IMG/VR virus record: IMGVR_UViG_3300010234_000001
Coordinates: 50,612-114,611 of that record
Direction: 5' to 3' (one strand)
DNA length: 64,000 bases
DNA from: a virus
Taxonomy: Duplodnaviria; Heunggongvirae; Uroviricota; Caudoviricetes
Shown: positions 24,760 to 35,385 of the stretch, one piece after another
How positions within the stretch are numbered: the stretch's first letter is position 1
Layout of the letters: each line of letters opens with the position of its first letter
Program-made: the position numbers and the translations under genes
The notes under the pieces: model-generated
What the model was told of the DNA's origin: nothing
Seen by the model: the letters and a program-made list of their open reading frames with translations, nothing else
Databases searched by the model: none

Positions 24760-24804
24760 ATCGATGGGGAGACTATCGCATAAATACTCCCGAACGTCAA
24801 CCCC
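24760..24804 (-). promoter_or_regulatory. Early promoter of island 2 with nested late promoter (TAAATA 24781-24786)
   Basis: Minus: gTTGACgttcgggagtatttatgCGATAG. Confidence 0.75.
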
Positions 24805-24827
24805 TTATTTCAGGAATTTTCATTTTC

Positions 24828-26948
24828 ATGGCAACCAACAATCGCATATCGCCGCTGGTTTCAACACAGCTTCCTTTCTTTGTCAGGGATGACCATGAGA
24901 CATTTATTACGTTTGTATCTGCGTATTATGAATACCTAGAGCAATCCAACACGACTGTCAACCTAGGAAAGACGACGGAACGAACAAAAAATCTGCTAAA
25001 TTATTTTGATGTGGATAACACGTTGGATGATTTCTCCGAAACTCTTTATAAGCAGTTTCTAAAGTTTCTACCCAAAGACACGGAAGCAAACCGGGATATC
25101 ATCATCAAGAATGCGAAAGACTTCTATCGTGCAAAAGGTACGGAAAAAGCATTAACTTTCCTTCTAAGAATTTTGTATGGCAAAGAGGCGACATATTATT
25201 ATCCAAAACGGGATATTCTCAAAGCATCGGATGGTAAATGGTTCATACAAAAGTCATTGCGTGTATCATCAGTAGAAATTGAAAATGTTTCCGCACCTTC
25301 GCTAGAAGAACTTACAAATTTTGTAGCAACATCCATCATAGGCAATACAACCAACTCGACTGCAACGGTGGAACGGGTTGATAGATTTAATGAAGTTGGA
25401 ATAACAATCAACGAACTAATATTGACCGGCATTGATGGCGAATTTGAAAACGGGGAAACATTATTCACAACGTTCTCCGATACTCCAAACAATACAACAA
25501 AAGTAATTACCGCTAATGTATTTGGTGGTATTGTCACAACGATTACATTGGATCATGCGGGGCAAGGTTATGAAGTTGGTGACTTGCTTTCCTTTAGTGG
25601 TGGTGGCGGATCGGGTGCTAATGGTTATGTTTCGGCGGTAACAACGGGTAACGTATCGGCATTAACAGTATCAAATAATGGAGCGGGATTCCTAGCAAAT
25701 GATAACATCCTTATTACCGGTGGTGGTGGATCGGGGGCCAATGCGTATATTTCGTCAATCAATGATGATGAAACTTATCACCCTAATACTTACAACGTTA
25801 TTTCTTCTCTCATTGGCGATGAAGCTAATACTCTAATAAGCAACACGGAATATTCCAATCTATCAAGCGGTGCTAATGCTAACACTACTCTTCTTGATGC
25901 ATTGCTATCATTTGTTTATGGACCTTGTGGACCAATTGATGAAATAACTATTCGCTCGCAGGGAACGGACTATTCTTCAAATCCTTCGGTTGATGCCGTT
26001 TCCAACACCAAGATTAAAACCCTTGGAGTATTGGGACGAATGTCTATTGATAATGGCGGATTGGGATATGCCGTCAATGACATAATTGAATTTACTTCAC
26101 TATATGGAAGTGGAGCAAATGCAAATGTAAAGAATGTTGCCGCAAATGGCATGATCACTGAAGTGCAATTTACCGAGAATTCCGGTTGGCTTATTGGTGG
26201 TGTAGGATATAAACAATCAAGCCTACCAACAACCAACGTTTCTACAACTACGGGGGATGGTAATGCTAACATTCAAGTAACTGCAATAGTTGGTGACGGT
26301 GAACAATTCTTAATATCAACCGGTAATATTGGATCAATCAGATCAATTACACTAACATCCGGTGGTAGTGACTATGCTAATGCGCCTTCCATTAATATTT
26401 CTTCCGTATCAGGGGCAAACGGTAACGTTTATGCTACCGTTGTTGCGGGTGTATTCACATATCCGGGCAGATATCTAAATGATGACGGACACCTGAGCAG
26501 CTATAACTTCTTGCAAGACCGTCATTACTACCAAAACTTCTCCTATGTTGTAAAGATCAGGGAATCATTAAGTCGATACAAGCGGGCATTGACTGAAATG
26601 GGCCATCCGACCGGAATTAAAATATTCGGAGAGTATACTGAAATCAGCGAAAGTTCTAATAACTTCAATGAAGTAACGTCATCGCTTGATACTAAGGTTT
26701 CATATACTTCCGCAACATGGTCGTATAGCAATTCATCCAACATTATTTCCGTTACCGATACTGCGCATGGAGTATCCAATGGTGTATCAATATATCTTGA
26801 ATTCCAAGATGGTCATTCGGGAAATGTTTCGAATGGAATGTACACGGTATCCAATGTTCCTAACGCTAATGTAATATTCACAACACATTATGACGATTCG
26901 GATGTAAATTCTTCCGGAAATGTGTTGATCGGCAAAATTATCTCCTAA
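24828..26948 (+). CDS. gp7: Baseplate wedge initiator gp7-like, 706 aa
   Basis: Q.P.F......F..F..AYYE; K..KDFY..KGT..A...L.RILYG; YYQ.FSY..K. Confidence 0.85.
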   Translation: MATNNRISPLVSTQLPFFVRDDHETFITFVSAYYEYLEQSNTTVNLGKTTERTKNLLNYFDVDNTLDDFSETLYKQFLKFLPKDTEANRDIIIKNAKDFYRAKGTEKALTFLLRILYGKEATYYYPKRDILKASDGKWFIQKSLRVSSVEIENVSAPSLEELTNFVATSIIGNTTNSTATVERVDRFNEVGITINELILTGIDGEFENGETLFTTFSDTPNNTTKVITANVFGGIVTTITLDHAGQGYEVGDLLSFSGGGGSGANGYVSAVTTGNVSALTVSNNGAGFLANDNILITGGGGSGANAYISSINDDETYHPNTYNVISSLIGDEANTLISNTEYSNLSSGANANTTLLDALLSFVYGPCGPIDEITIRSQGTDYSSNPSVDAVSNTKIKTLGVLGRMSIDNGGLGYAVNDIIEFTSLYGSGANANVKNVAANGMITEVQFTENSGWLIGGVGYKQSSLPTTNVSTTTGDGNANIQVTAIVGDGEQFLISTGNIGSIRSITLTSGGSDYANAPSINISSVSGANGNVYATVVAGVFTYPGRYLNDDGHLSSYNFLQDRHYYQNFSYVVKIRESLSRYKRALTEMGHPTGIKIFGEYTEISESSNNFNEVTSSLDTKVSYTSATWSYSNSSNIISVTDTAHGVSNGVSIYLEFQDGHSGNVSNGMYTVSNVPNANVIFTTHYDDSDVNSSGNVLIGKIIS

Positions 26949-26951
26949 ATA
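26946..26951 (+). promoter_or_regulatory. Late promoter TAAATA
   Basis: Overlaps the gp7 stop, upstream of gp8. Confidence 0.6.
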
Positions 26952-26979
26952 GTTTGACTAACGAATAAGGAAAACAATC

Positions 26980-28290
26980 TTGAGTTTGCACGATATCAGA
27001 GTATACGCTGCCGATGAGTTCTTACGCTCAATTTCCAACACGGACAGCAACGTATATGCCACATTCGGAAAAGTTGATGGATGGTCCAACGAGGCTAATC
27101 CACCAACCGCCAATAGTTCATACTCCACTGTTGTTGAAGTATGGAGAAACATGATCGGCGCTAAAAAGCTAACCGGCAGTAATGTTTCTCTAGCAACAAG
27201 ACGCAACGACTGGACGGCAAACACCGTATACGATCAATACGACCACACTAATCCGAATCTATACCTTTCCAATCAACAATTCTTTATAGTGACAAGCGAT
27301 TATAATGTTTATAAGTGCCTCTCCAATGCGGGTGGCGCTAATTCTACAATTGAACCAACCGCAGTAAATGCAAACAACATAACGAATACTGCCGATGGAT
27401 ATACTTGGAAGTATATGTTTACCGTTCGCGAAGCGGATCGCATTAAATTCATGACGGAAAATTATGTCCCCGTCAGGGAACTTACAACGGATGACAACTC
27501 ATTACAATGGGACGTACAACAAGCCGCCATTGAAGGTACAATATACGCCACTAAAGTTACTAATGGTGGATCGGGTTATTCGAATTCTTCCAATGTTACA
27601 ATAACATTTACGGGTGATGGTGAAGATGCGGCGGCGAATGTCACGCTAAACACCGTGACAAATACCGTAAACACTATTGAAATGACAACATACGGAACGG
27701 AGTATTCTCGCGCCACAGCAACAATAACCGGTGGTGGTGGATCGGGCGCAACGGTTGTTCCATTATTGAGTCCCCATAAAGGGCATGGATCAGAACCGGT
27801 TTATGAACTTGGGGGAGCTTTCCTTGTTATAAATATAAGATTGGAAAGTGATGAGAATGGGGCATTCTCCGTCCAGAATGAATATCGACAAATTGCCCTA
27901 ATTAAAGACCCGCTTGAATATGCGGGAGTTAATGTTGCTTCCAATGGTACAATATCCCAAAGCATGGATATTACAGTATCCGGATCGGGCGCAACATACA
28001 GCGAAGATGAGCAAGTATATCAGGGCGCATCACTTGCCGCCGCAACATTCTCCGGACGGGTAATAGAATATGATGAATCAAATACCTTGCTACGCGTCAT
28101 AGACACTGTTGGAACACCAACAAACGAATTACTAATTGGTGCAAATACCACAGCATCCAAGTTTGTTGTCTCCGTTGATAACCCCGGTCTAAAGTCGTAC
28201 AGCGGAAGACTTATTCATCTTGATAACATAGTTGCAATAGAACGCAACACGGACCAAACGGAAGATTTCAAAATCGTGGTGGGCTTCTGA
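26980..28290 (+). CDS. gp8: Baseplate wedge subunit gp8, 436 aa
   Basis: W..MI.AKK....V....RR.DW...T.YD.Y; VYKCL.N; DGY.WKYM. Confidence 0.92.
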   Translation: MSLHDIRVYAADEFLRSISNTDSNVYATFGKVDGWSNEANPPTANSSYSTVVEVWRNMIGAKKLTGSNVSLATRRNDWTANTVYDQYDHTNPNLYLSNQQFFIVTSDYNVYKCLSNAGGANSTIEPTAVNANNITNTADGYTWKYMFTVREADRIKFMTENYVPVRELTTDDNSLQWDVQQAAIEGTIYATKVTNGGSGYSNSSNVTITFTGDGEDAAANVTLNTVTNTVNTIEMTTYGTEYSRATATITGGGGSGATVVPLLSPHKGHGSEPVYELGGAFLVINIRLESDENGAFSVQNEYRQIALIKDPLEYAGVNVASNGTISQSMDITVSGSGATYSEDEQVYQGASLAAATFSGRVIEYDESNTLLRVIDTVGTPTNELLIGANTTASKFVVSVDNPGLKSYSGRLIHLDNIVAIERNTDQTEDFKIVVGF

Positions 28291-28367
28291 TAGAATTTTA
28301 TTATAAAGGATACAAAGTTAGAAAGCTAGACTAATTGTTGTTGGCTTCTAAATGAAAAGGAACTGAA

Positions 28368-28667
28368 ATGGAACACAAAGTTTATAGAACATTTGATCAC
28401 GAGAATTACCGCAAATATACTGATGGTATGAATCGGGCATACACAAGCTGCGACACCCAACTCGCAATGGACCTATTGAATAGCGGATTCTTGGATATAT
28501 TTAATATTCACTTTATTCCCGGAACGGATATTGTTTATTCAGACACTATTCCGGATGAACTGGTCAATCATTGGGTAACATTTAATGTGCAAGGTGTGAG
28601 CGATGCCTTAAAAAACAACAAAGGCAATAATAGAGGAAAAGTTTTCATCGAATGGAAACGAAAGTAA
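28368..28667 (+). CDS. Hypothetical protein, 99 aa
   Basis: AAGGA RBS. Confidence 0.6.
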   Translation: MEHKVYRTFDHENYRKYTDGMNRAYTSCDTQLAMDLLNSGFLDIFNIHFIPGTDIVYSDTIPDELVNHWVTFNVQGVSDALKNNKGNNRGKVFIEWKRK

Positions 28668-28670
28668 ATA
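28665..28670 (+). promoter_or_regulatory. Late promoter TAAATA
   Basis: Upstream of the HNH remnant and the DUF4815 gene. Confidence 0.55.
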
Positions 28671-28679
28671 GGGAAATAA

Positions 28680-28871
28680 ATGGCTAGCGTCAATGTCACG
28701 AATCAAATTGTTTATCACAGGCATCATATAATACCGAAGCATGTGGGTGGAACAGATGATCAATCCAATTTGATTAAGGTGAACATTCCTTATGTTATTA
28801 CTGAAGAAACGAGACAAAAATTAAGCCAATCAGCAAAGGCTGATTGGGCTAAAAGAAAGGCTAACGCATAA
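28680..28871 (+). pseudogene. Internally deleted HNH homing endonuclease remnant, 63 aa
   Basis: HRHHIIPKHVGGTDDQSNL joined directly to a NUMOD3-like EETRQKLS segment; similar to ORF 52410-52925. Confidence 0.75.
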
Positions 28872-31800
28872 TGACTTCGGTCAATGTCACGAATACCGAT
28901 GTAGTTGTAGCGGGTACAACAACCTCACCATACTACGATGATTATAGTGAGCTTAGTAACTTCTATCGTATCCTGTTTCGACCGGGATACGCAGTACAGG
29001 CTCGCGAACTAACACAACTACAGACGATGGGGCAAGTTCAAGTTGAAAGACTTGGACGGCATATCTTTAAGAATGGTTCCATTGTTATCGGTGGACAGAT
29101 TTCTTATGACACGTCAACCTCGCTAAATCTACAAACACAATACGCGGGAACGGATGTTGATGTTAGTGATTTTGTTGGTAAAGAAGTTGGTTTTGCCAGC
29201 GGAAATAATGATGTTCGTGCTTATGTTGTTGCCGGATCAAATGCGGAAGATTCCGATCCCCCAACATTGATGATCAAATATCTGTCCGGTACGGAATTTG
29301 GCGTTAGTTCATCCATTAAGGTAAGCGGAGAAGAAACTTACGCTAACGTAGCAACATCCGGCCATCAATCAAATGGTATCACATCATCAATTTCGGATGG
29401 TGTGTTCTTTGTTAATGGTTTCTTTGTTCGTAATGGACGCCAAACCATTCTTGTCAGTAAATATGACACGGAACCAAACGTAAAAATTGGTCTTGAATTT
29501 ACCGAAGCTATTGTTGATGAAAACCAAGACACTACGCTACTTGACCCCGCCCTAGAGTCTTCGAATTACCAAGCACCGGGCGCAACCCGCTATAAGATGG
29601 ACCTTACGCTTGCAAAGAGAACACTTTCAAGCACTGATGATGAAGCATTCGTTGAACTATCCAGAGTCAGTGAAGGTATTCAACAAAAAGTCATTCGCCT
29701 TCCAATTTATTCGGAACTTGAAGAAACATTCGCCCGTCGAACGTATGACGAATCCGGTAACTATACCGTTCGTCCTTTCAGACTTGAGCAGAAACAAGAT
29801 AGTTCCAATTCATCAAATCTAATTTCACGTCTAGACCCCGGAAAAGCTTACGTGTTCGGTTATGAATATGAAACAATTGTTCCGGAAGAATTAACCTATC
29901 CGCGCCCACGGGATACTTCATCAGTTTCGGCTTATGATATTTCCGCCGCTTATGGTAACTACATCAACTGTAAAGATGTTCAAGGTTTTATCGACATATC
30001 AACTATGCCGATTGCTAATGTTCATTGTATTCCATGGAACTACGCAAATAACGAAAATGCGGCAACATTTACATCAACGCAAATTGGTACTACCCGAATC
30101 AGAAATCTTACCTATTATGCGACATCCAATGTTGCTAATGGTCAAAACACAAGCGTATCAACATACATTTTTGATACGAGACTGAAATCAATAACCGGTA
30201 ATGCTACGGGTGGTACGGCAAATACAATTCTTCTGCATGGACCAATATTCTCCGGAAACAATGATGCATACAATCGGGCAACAATCCGAGTCACGGACGG
30301 AACAAGCGTAGGATATAGCGGAACGGTTACCGCTTATGATGGCTCCACTAAGACGGCAACAGTCACTCCGAATGTTACAACCCTAGTTGATGATCTAACT
30401 GATGCAAACTCCGTTGTCTCAATTGACTTCTCAAAGCGGGAAATTGAATCATTCATGATTGGCGGTGCCGGATCGGCAATATCCGCAAACCTAAATGTTT
30501 GCCTGTCATGCAAAGATGACGGAACTTCGACCGGTAATACCATTGTTAGAGAACCGGCCTTCCAGAGTCTTGTTTTCCCATTCCCCCAATCCTTTGTTAA
30601 GGATGGGGTAACCCTTAATAACTATCAATACCGCAAGGTATTCAGTGGACGAAGCTTTACGGCTGGCGTCGGCACAGTCACGGCCGGAACGGGTGAAGCC
30701 CTAGTAGGATCGGGAAGTCTATCAGAATCACAGAAGCTTGAAAACTACCTAGTAGTTGTAAATGATCCGGATACTTCCGGGTTCGTTGCGGGACAGGTTG
30801 TCTCGCTATGCGACACGGGTGCGGGTGTTGTGGTTGCCGGTTCAACCGCAACAATCACGGTTAACGACGCGGGTAACTTTACTGCGGATGTTATAACAAG
30901 CATTGAAATTGATTCGGGAACGGAGACAAATCCAAAAACCAAGACGCAAGTTGGTGCAAATACTTCGCACATCACTAGCGTTGCCGCTAATGGTAGTTTC
31001 GTCTCTACTGCCGGTTCAAATGCTACAGTATATCTAAACGAGGGGCAGGTTCATATTGAAACCCCAAACAGAACACCAACACAAATTGATTCCCTTTACA
31101 TTTCCGACCTGCATCCGTCAGGAAACGCAAAGGTTTATGATCTGAATGGCGCATCAATTTCTGCCGGTGCGGCCCTATCTTCCTACACCGATGTAACAAG
31201 CAAATTTACATTCGATGACGGACAGCGTGACACCATGTATGATCACGGTGGAATCATTCTAAAATCGGGCGTAACTGCACCGAAAGGACCACTTATTGTT
31301 TGTGTTGACTACTTTACTCACGAATCCGGTACATCCGATGGTAAAGGTTTCTTCAATGTTGATTCATATCCGGACAGCGACACTGTTGCCGGATATCAAA
31401 ACATTGGCTACTTTACCGATACGCGCGGTAATAAGTATCGCCTATCGGATGTTGTAGACTTCAGACCAAAGAGAGCTAATGCGGCAAATAATACGCCAAA
31501 CTTTAGTATTTCCGGAATTCGTATTCCAACACCGAACGAAGAATACACGGTAACGTTTGATCACTATCTTCCAAGACGTGACTTGCTAGTCTTGACACGG
31601 GATAGAAAGTTTAGACATATACAGGGTATTTCCGATATTAATCCGTATCCGCCGAACAATCCGGATGATGCGATGGTATTGTATAGACTGGATCATCCGC
31701 CATTCGTTCTATATCCGGCAAACTCCTATGTGCAGTATGTCGAAAACAAACGGTATACCATGCGGGATATCGGTAAGCTTGAAACAAGACTTAAAAATCT

Positions 31801-34800
31801 TGAATATTATGTAACCCTTAATGCGCTTGAGAAAGATGCAACCGATCTTCTTATCACGGACGTTAATGGACTCGAAAGAACCAAATACGGAATCGTTGCG
31901 GACCAGTTTACCGGTCACCAAATGGGTGATGTGACCAATCCGGATTATCGTTGCTCAATGGACTTCAAGAAGGGTGAACTTCGCCCATTCTTCAAGTCTT
32001 ACGGCCATGATATGAACTTTGCAACGGGGGATGGGGATTACACTCTTAATGGCACAACGCTAACACTAAGCTATTCCGAAGTTGATTTCATTGTTCAAGA
32101 CACCGCTTCCAAGGCGGAAAATGTGCAGCCATATTTGATTGCCAAGTTCATTGGTCACATGGAACTAGTTCCGGATAATGATATTTGGGTTGCTACTGAC
32201 AGAAGACCCGACGTTGTTGTTAACCTTGATGGCGTCAATGACGCATGGGAACAACTGTTCCAAGTTCTTCCGGATGACGTATTCGGCACCGAGTGGAATA
32301 GCTGGCAGACGCACTGGACGGGAACAAACCGAAGCGTACAATCCGTAAGAGCTAATCCAAGTGATGGCGCGGGCGGACTGCAAGGAACAATTACAACAAT
32401 CACACGAACGGGCGTGGAAACGCGAACCGGTCTACAAACTGAATTGAATTGGGAGACTATTAATGAAGAAATTGGTGATCGCGTCGTTGATGTATCTATT
32501 ATTCCTTTCATCAGAAGTAGACAAGTTGACTTTATGGCAACTAACCTACGTCCTAACAGACAGGTATATCCATTCTTCGATGACGTAAGCGTTGTAGACT
32601 ACACTAAAAAGCCTAACATCATTGAACTTACTTCGAACACGATGTTTAATGATGCTACCGGCTTCAACGAGCCTATGATTTCCGGTGCTAACACGGCAAG
32701 AGTATTGCTATCAAGATTGGCAAACAGCGGCAACACGCAACTGCATGTAACCGACGTTTCCGGCGTACTTGAAGCCGGTCAAGAATGGACCGGTAACCTA
32801 TCCGCAAATGTGGCAACCGTAGGAACGGTGGATCACTATTCCGGAAATGCTACTGGTGGTTCAACAAGCTCTATTACACTAGAGTCTTGGGCTTCCGATA
32901 CGGATGACTACTATAACGGAAATACGGTATATCTTGTTGCGGGTGTTGGTATTGGATCAAATACATCCATCACTGACTACAATGGTACAACTAAGGTTGC
33001 CACCCTGTCACCCGCACTAAGCGTATCCCCAACAACCAACACGCAATACTCTATTGGTACTTGGTATTCCACGCGGGGCGGTTCCGTTGTCGGACAGTTT
33101 AATATTCCTTCAAGTGATGATCTAAACTTCCGAACGGGTGAAAGAGTATTCAGAATCATTGATAGAAATGACAATGATCTGGATAATATTACAACGCGTG
33201 CGGATGGTAGATATACTGCGCAAGGATTGATGCAATCCAAAGAAGGCGTGTCTATTTCAACGACAGTTCCCCAAGTCACTCTTACGGAAATCAACGAGTC
33301 GCGTCCGGTTACGGAACGAAGAGTACAAAGAAACCTTACTCCGGTTGGTGACCCGCTTGCGCAAACATTCTTCGTTAATTCCGAAGAACATCCGAATGGT
33401 GTATTCCTTTCAAGCGTTGATCTATTCTTCAAGCTTAAAGATGATACGTTGCCTGTTTGGGTTGAGATTAGACCAACGGTCAATGGATATCCGCACAGCA
33501 ATATTCGAATTCCTTATTCTAAGAAGACATTGTATCCGGATCAGATTGCCACATCGGATATTCCAAGTTCGAGTGATGCGGCAACATCAACAACGTTCAC
33601 ATTCAATAATCCGGTCTATATTGAACCGGATAAAGAATACGCGCTTGTTATGCAAACCAACAGCCTAAACTACGAGGCATGGGTATCCGAGCTTGGCAAG
33701 ACTAGAGTCGGAACGGATAGAATTATTTCCGAACAGCCTCACATGGGATCATTGTTCAAGTCACAGAACGCTTCAACATGGACACCGTTCCAGTTTGAAG
33801 ATTTGATGTTTGTCATCAAGAAATGCGAGTTTACTACAAATCAGTCAGTTATATTCTTTGAGAACAAGAAACCGGCAAGCAACAATGCTATGGACTGGAT
33901 GGATGTACAAGCCAACGAACTTGTGTTGGCTAATACGTCAACCGCTTATGCATTCAAGTCAACTAGACAATCCGATCTAACGGTTGATTCAACTTGGACA
34001 AACTTCCTGACCAACACGAACTTCAAGCACAACGAAAGAAAAATTATTCACAATGTGAGTGCCGGTTCGCTTAACTTAAGAGCAACACTTGCAACAACCA
34101 ATCCGGATGTATCGCCAGTTCTTGATACTACCAGATTCAATGTTATCGCAATTGAAAACGTTGTTAACAATGCTAATATCTCCAACTCTAATATCATCCT
34201 GACAAATGACGGTGATGGATTCTTGGATGGGGATGAGGCTAATGTTTCAATAACATTCACTGGTGGTGATTTTGTGACGGCGGCAAATGCTTACGTTGGG
34301 GCAATCAGCGGTGGTGAAATTACCAGCATTATTGTTGACACTCCGGGTAGCTACTACAGCAACACGGCGAATGTGACTATCGCTGGTGGTTCCGGCGCAA
34401 ATGCCGCTGCGGTTGTTGAATCCGAATTAAGTCCATCCGGTGGTGTTGCGCTATCAAAGTATATCACAAGAAAAGCAACACTAAACGAAGGATTTGATGC
34501 GGGTGATATTCGTGTATATCTAACAGCATATAAGCCATTCGGTACTGACATTAAAGTGTATGTCAAGATCAAGAACTACTATGATCCTGATAGATTCCAA
34601 GATAAAGAGTATATCTTGCTTGAACAAATTACCCCAAGCAATAGATATTCACGATCATCCTTGACGGAAGACAATCTTGGAAATGATGCCGTTGAGCTTG
34701 AATTCAGACCTTCATCATCCGCCAATGAAATCAAGTATGTTTCCAATGGTGTACTATTCGATACATTCAATGACTTTGCAATCAAGGTTGTTATGCTGGC

Positions 34801-34867
34801 GGATAATCCAACGGTTGTGCCGCATATCCACGACATGCGTGCAATCGCACTACCATCAAGCGAATAA
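28871..34867 (+). CDS. Large baseplate/tail structural protein (DUF4815, VrlC-like), 1998 aa
   Basis: PYYDDY....FYRILFRPG.AVQARELTQLQ; RRTYDESGNY; DPLAQTF.V. Confidence 0.85.
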   Translation: MTSVNVTNTDVVVAGTTTSPYYDDYSELSNFYRILFRPGYAVQARELTQLQTMGQVQVERLGRHIFKNGSIVIGGQISYDTSTSLNLQTQYAGTDVDVSDFVGKEVGFASGNNDVRAYVVAGSNAEDSDPPTLMIKYLSGTEFGVSSSIKVSGEETYANVATSGHQSNGITSSISDGVFFVNGFFVRNGRQTILVSKYDTEPNVKIGLEFTEAIVDENQDTTLLDPALESSNYQAPGATRYKMDLTLAKRTLSSTDDEAFVELSRVSEGIQQKVIRLPIYSELEETFARRTYDESGNYTVRPFRLEQKQDSSNSSNLISRLDPGKAYVFGYEYETIVPEELTYPRPRDTSSVSAYDISAAYGNYINCKDVQGFIDISTMPIANVHCIPWNYANNENAATFTSTQIGTTRIRNLTYYATSNVANGQNTSVSTYIFDTRLKSITGNATGGTANTILLHGPIFSGNNDAYNRATIRVTDGTSVGYSGTVTAYDGSTKTATVTPNVTTLVDDLTDANSVVSIDFSKREIESFMIGGAGSAISANLNVCLSCKDDGTSTGNTIVREPAFQSLVFPFPQSFVKDGVTLNNYQYRKVFSGRSFTAGVGTVTAGTGEALVGSGSLSESQKLENYLVVVNDPDTSGFVAGQVVSLCDTGAGVVVAGSTATITVNDAGNFTADVITSIEIDSGTETNPKTKTQVGANTSHITSVAANGSFVSTAGSNATVYLNEGQVHIETPNRTPTQIDSLYISDLHPSGNAKVYDLNGASISAGAALSSYTDVTSKFTFDDGQRDTMYDHGGIILKSGVTAPKGPLIVCVDYFTHESGTSDGKGFFNVDSYPDSDTVAGYQNIGYFTDTRGNKYRLSDVVDFRPKRANAANNTPNFSISGIRIPTPNEEYTVTFDHYLPRRDLLVLTRDRKFRHIQGISDINPYPPNNPDDAMVLYRLDHPPFVLYPANSYVQYVENKRYTMRDIGKLETRLKNLEYYVTLNALEKDATDLLITDVNGLERTKYGIVADQFTGHQMGDVTNPDYRCSMDFKKGELRPFFKSYGHDMNFATGDGDYTLNGTTLTLSYSEVDFIVQDTASKAENVQPYLIAKFIGHMELVPDNDIWVATDRRPDVVVNLDGVNDAWEQLFQVLPDDVFGTEWNSWQTHWTGTNRSVQSVRANPSDGAGGLQGTITTITRTGVETRTGLQTELNWETINEEIGDRVVDVSIIPFIRSRQVDFMATNLRPNRQVYPFFDDVSVVDYTKKPNIIELTSNTMFNDATGFNEPMISGANTARVLLSRLANSGNTQLHVTDVSGVLEAGQEWTGNLSANVATVGTVDHYSGNATGGSTSSITLESWASDTDDYYNGNTVYLVAGVGIGSNTSITDYNGTTKVATLSPALSVSPTTNTQYSIGTWYSTRGGSVVGQFNIPSSDDLNFRTGERVFRIIDRNDNDLDNITTRADGRYTAQGLMQSKEGVSISTTVPQVTLTEINESRPVTERRVQRNLTPVGDPLAQTFFVNSEEHPNGVFLSSVDLFFKLKDDTLPVWVEIRPTVNGYPHSNIRIPYSKKTLYPDQIATSDIPSSSDAATSTTFTFNNPVYIEPDKEYALVMQTNSLNYEAWVSELGKTRVGTDRIISEQPHMGSLFKSQNASTWTPFQFEDLMFVIKKCEFTTNQSVIFFENKKPASNNAMDWMDVQANELVLANTSTAYAFKSTRQSDLTVDSTWTNFLTNTNFKHNERKIIHNVSAGSLNLRATLATTNPDVSPVLDTTRFNVIAIENVVNNANISNSNIILTNDGDGFLDGDEANVSITFTGGDFVTAANAYVGAISGGEITSIIVDTPGSYYSNTANVTIAGGSGANAAAVVESELSPSGGVALSKYITRKATLNEGFDAGDIRVYLTAYKPFGTDIKVYVKIKNYYDPDRFQDKEYILLEQITPSNRYSRSSLTEDNLGNDAVELEFRPSSSANEIKYVSNGVLFDTFNDFAIKVVMLADNPTVVPHIHDMRAIALPSSE

Positions 34868-34882
34868 TAAAGAGGAAAGAAC

Positions 34883-35197
34883 ATGGAAAATTCCGAAGTT
34901 CAGCAATACGTAGCCGAACAAAAGAAAAATTTCAAGATTATACCGACGGATACGCGCAAATATTTGCCGGGTAATTGGGAAATTGACGAAAATAGTGGCT
35001 ACATAAAAGAGAGCGTTAAGCGGGAACAGCAACAGTTCCCGCACGGATTTGGTGCTGATAGTGGGGGTGGCGGTATTGACGATAGAATTCGTCAACGCAT
35101 TCGGGAGAATGCCCGACAGCCGCAACCCCAACAGCCAACCATTCGTCCCGTTCAAGAGTCTACTCGAAACAAGATCAGAGACTTGTTACGTAAATGA
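34883..35197 (+). CDS. Hypothetical protein, 104 aa
   Basis: GAGG RBS, operonic. Confidence 0.6.
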   Translation: MENSEVQQYVAEQKKNFKIIPTDTRKYLPGNWEIDENSGYIKESVKREQQQFPHGFGADSGGGGIDDRIRQRIRENARQPQPQQPTIRPVQESTRNKIRDLLRK

Positions 35198-35385
35198 AAA
35201 TAAAAACCGAAAATCGCGATTATGTGCGGGATATTCACTCCAAGGCACTACTTGCCGTAAATCGCACAAAAGCGCAAGATTATGAATTTAAGCGTAATTT
35301 AATTAAAGAAAACAATAACTTAAAAGAAGAAATTACGGATATGCAAAATCAGCTATCCGCAATCAGGGAAAAGCTAGGACTGTAA
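35194..35385 (+). CDS. Small coiled-coil protein conserved in T4-like marine/soil phages, 63 aa
   Basis: ..RD..SKA....N.....Y motif; position after the DUF4815 gene. Confidence 0.65.
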   Translation: MKIKTENRDYVRDIHSKALLAVNRTKAQDYEFKRNLIKENNNLKEEITDMQNQLSAIREKLGL

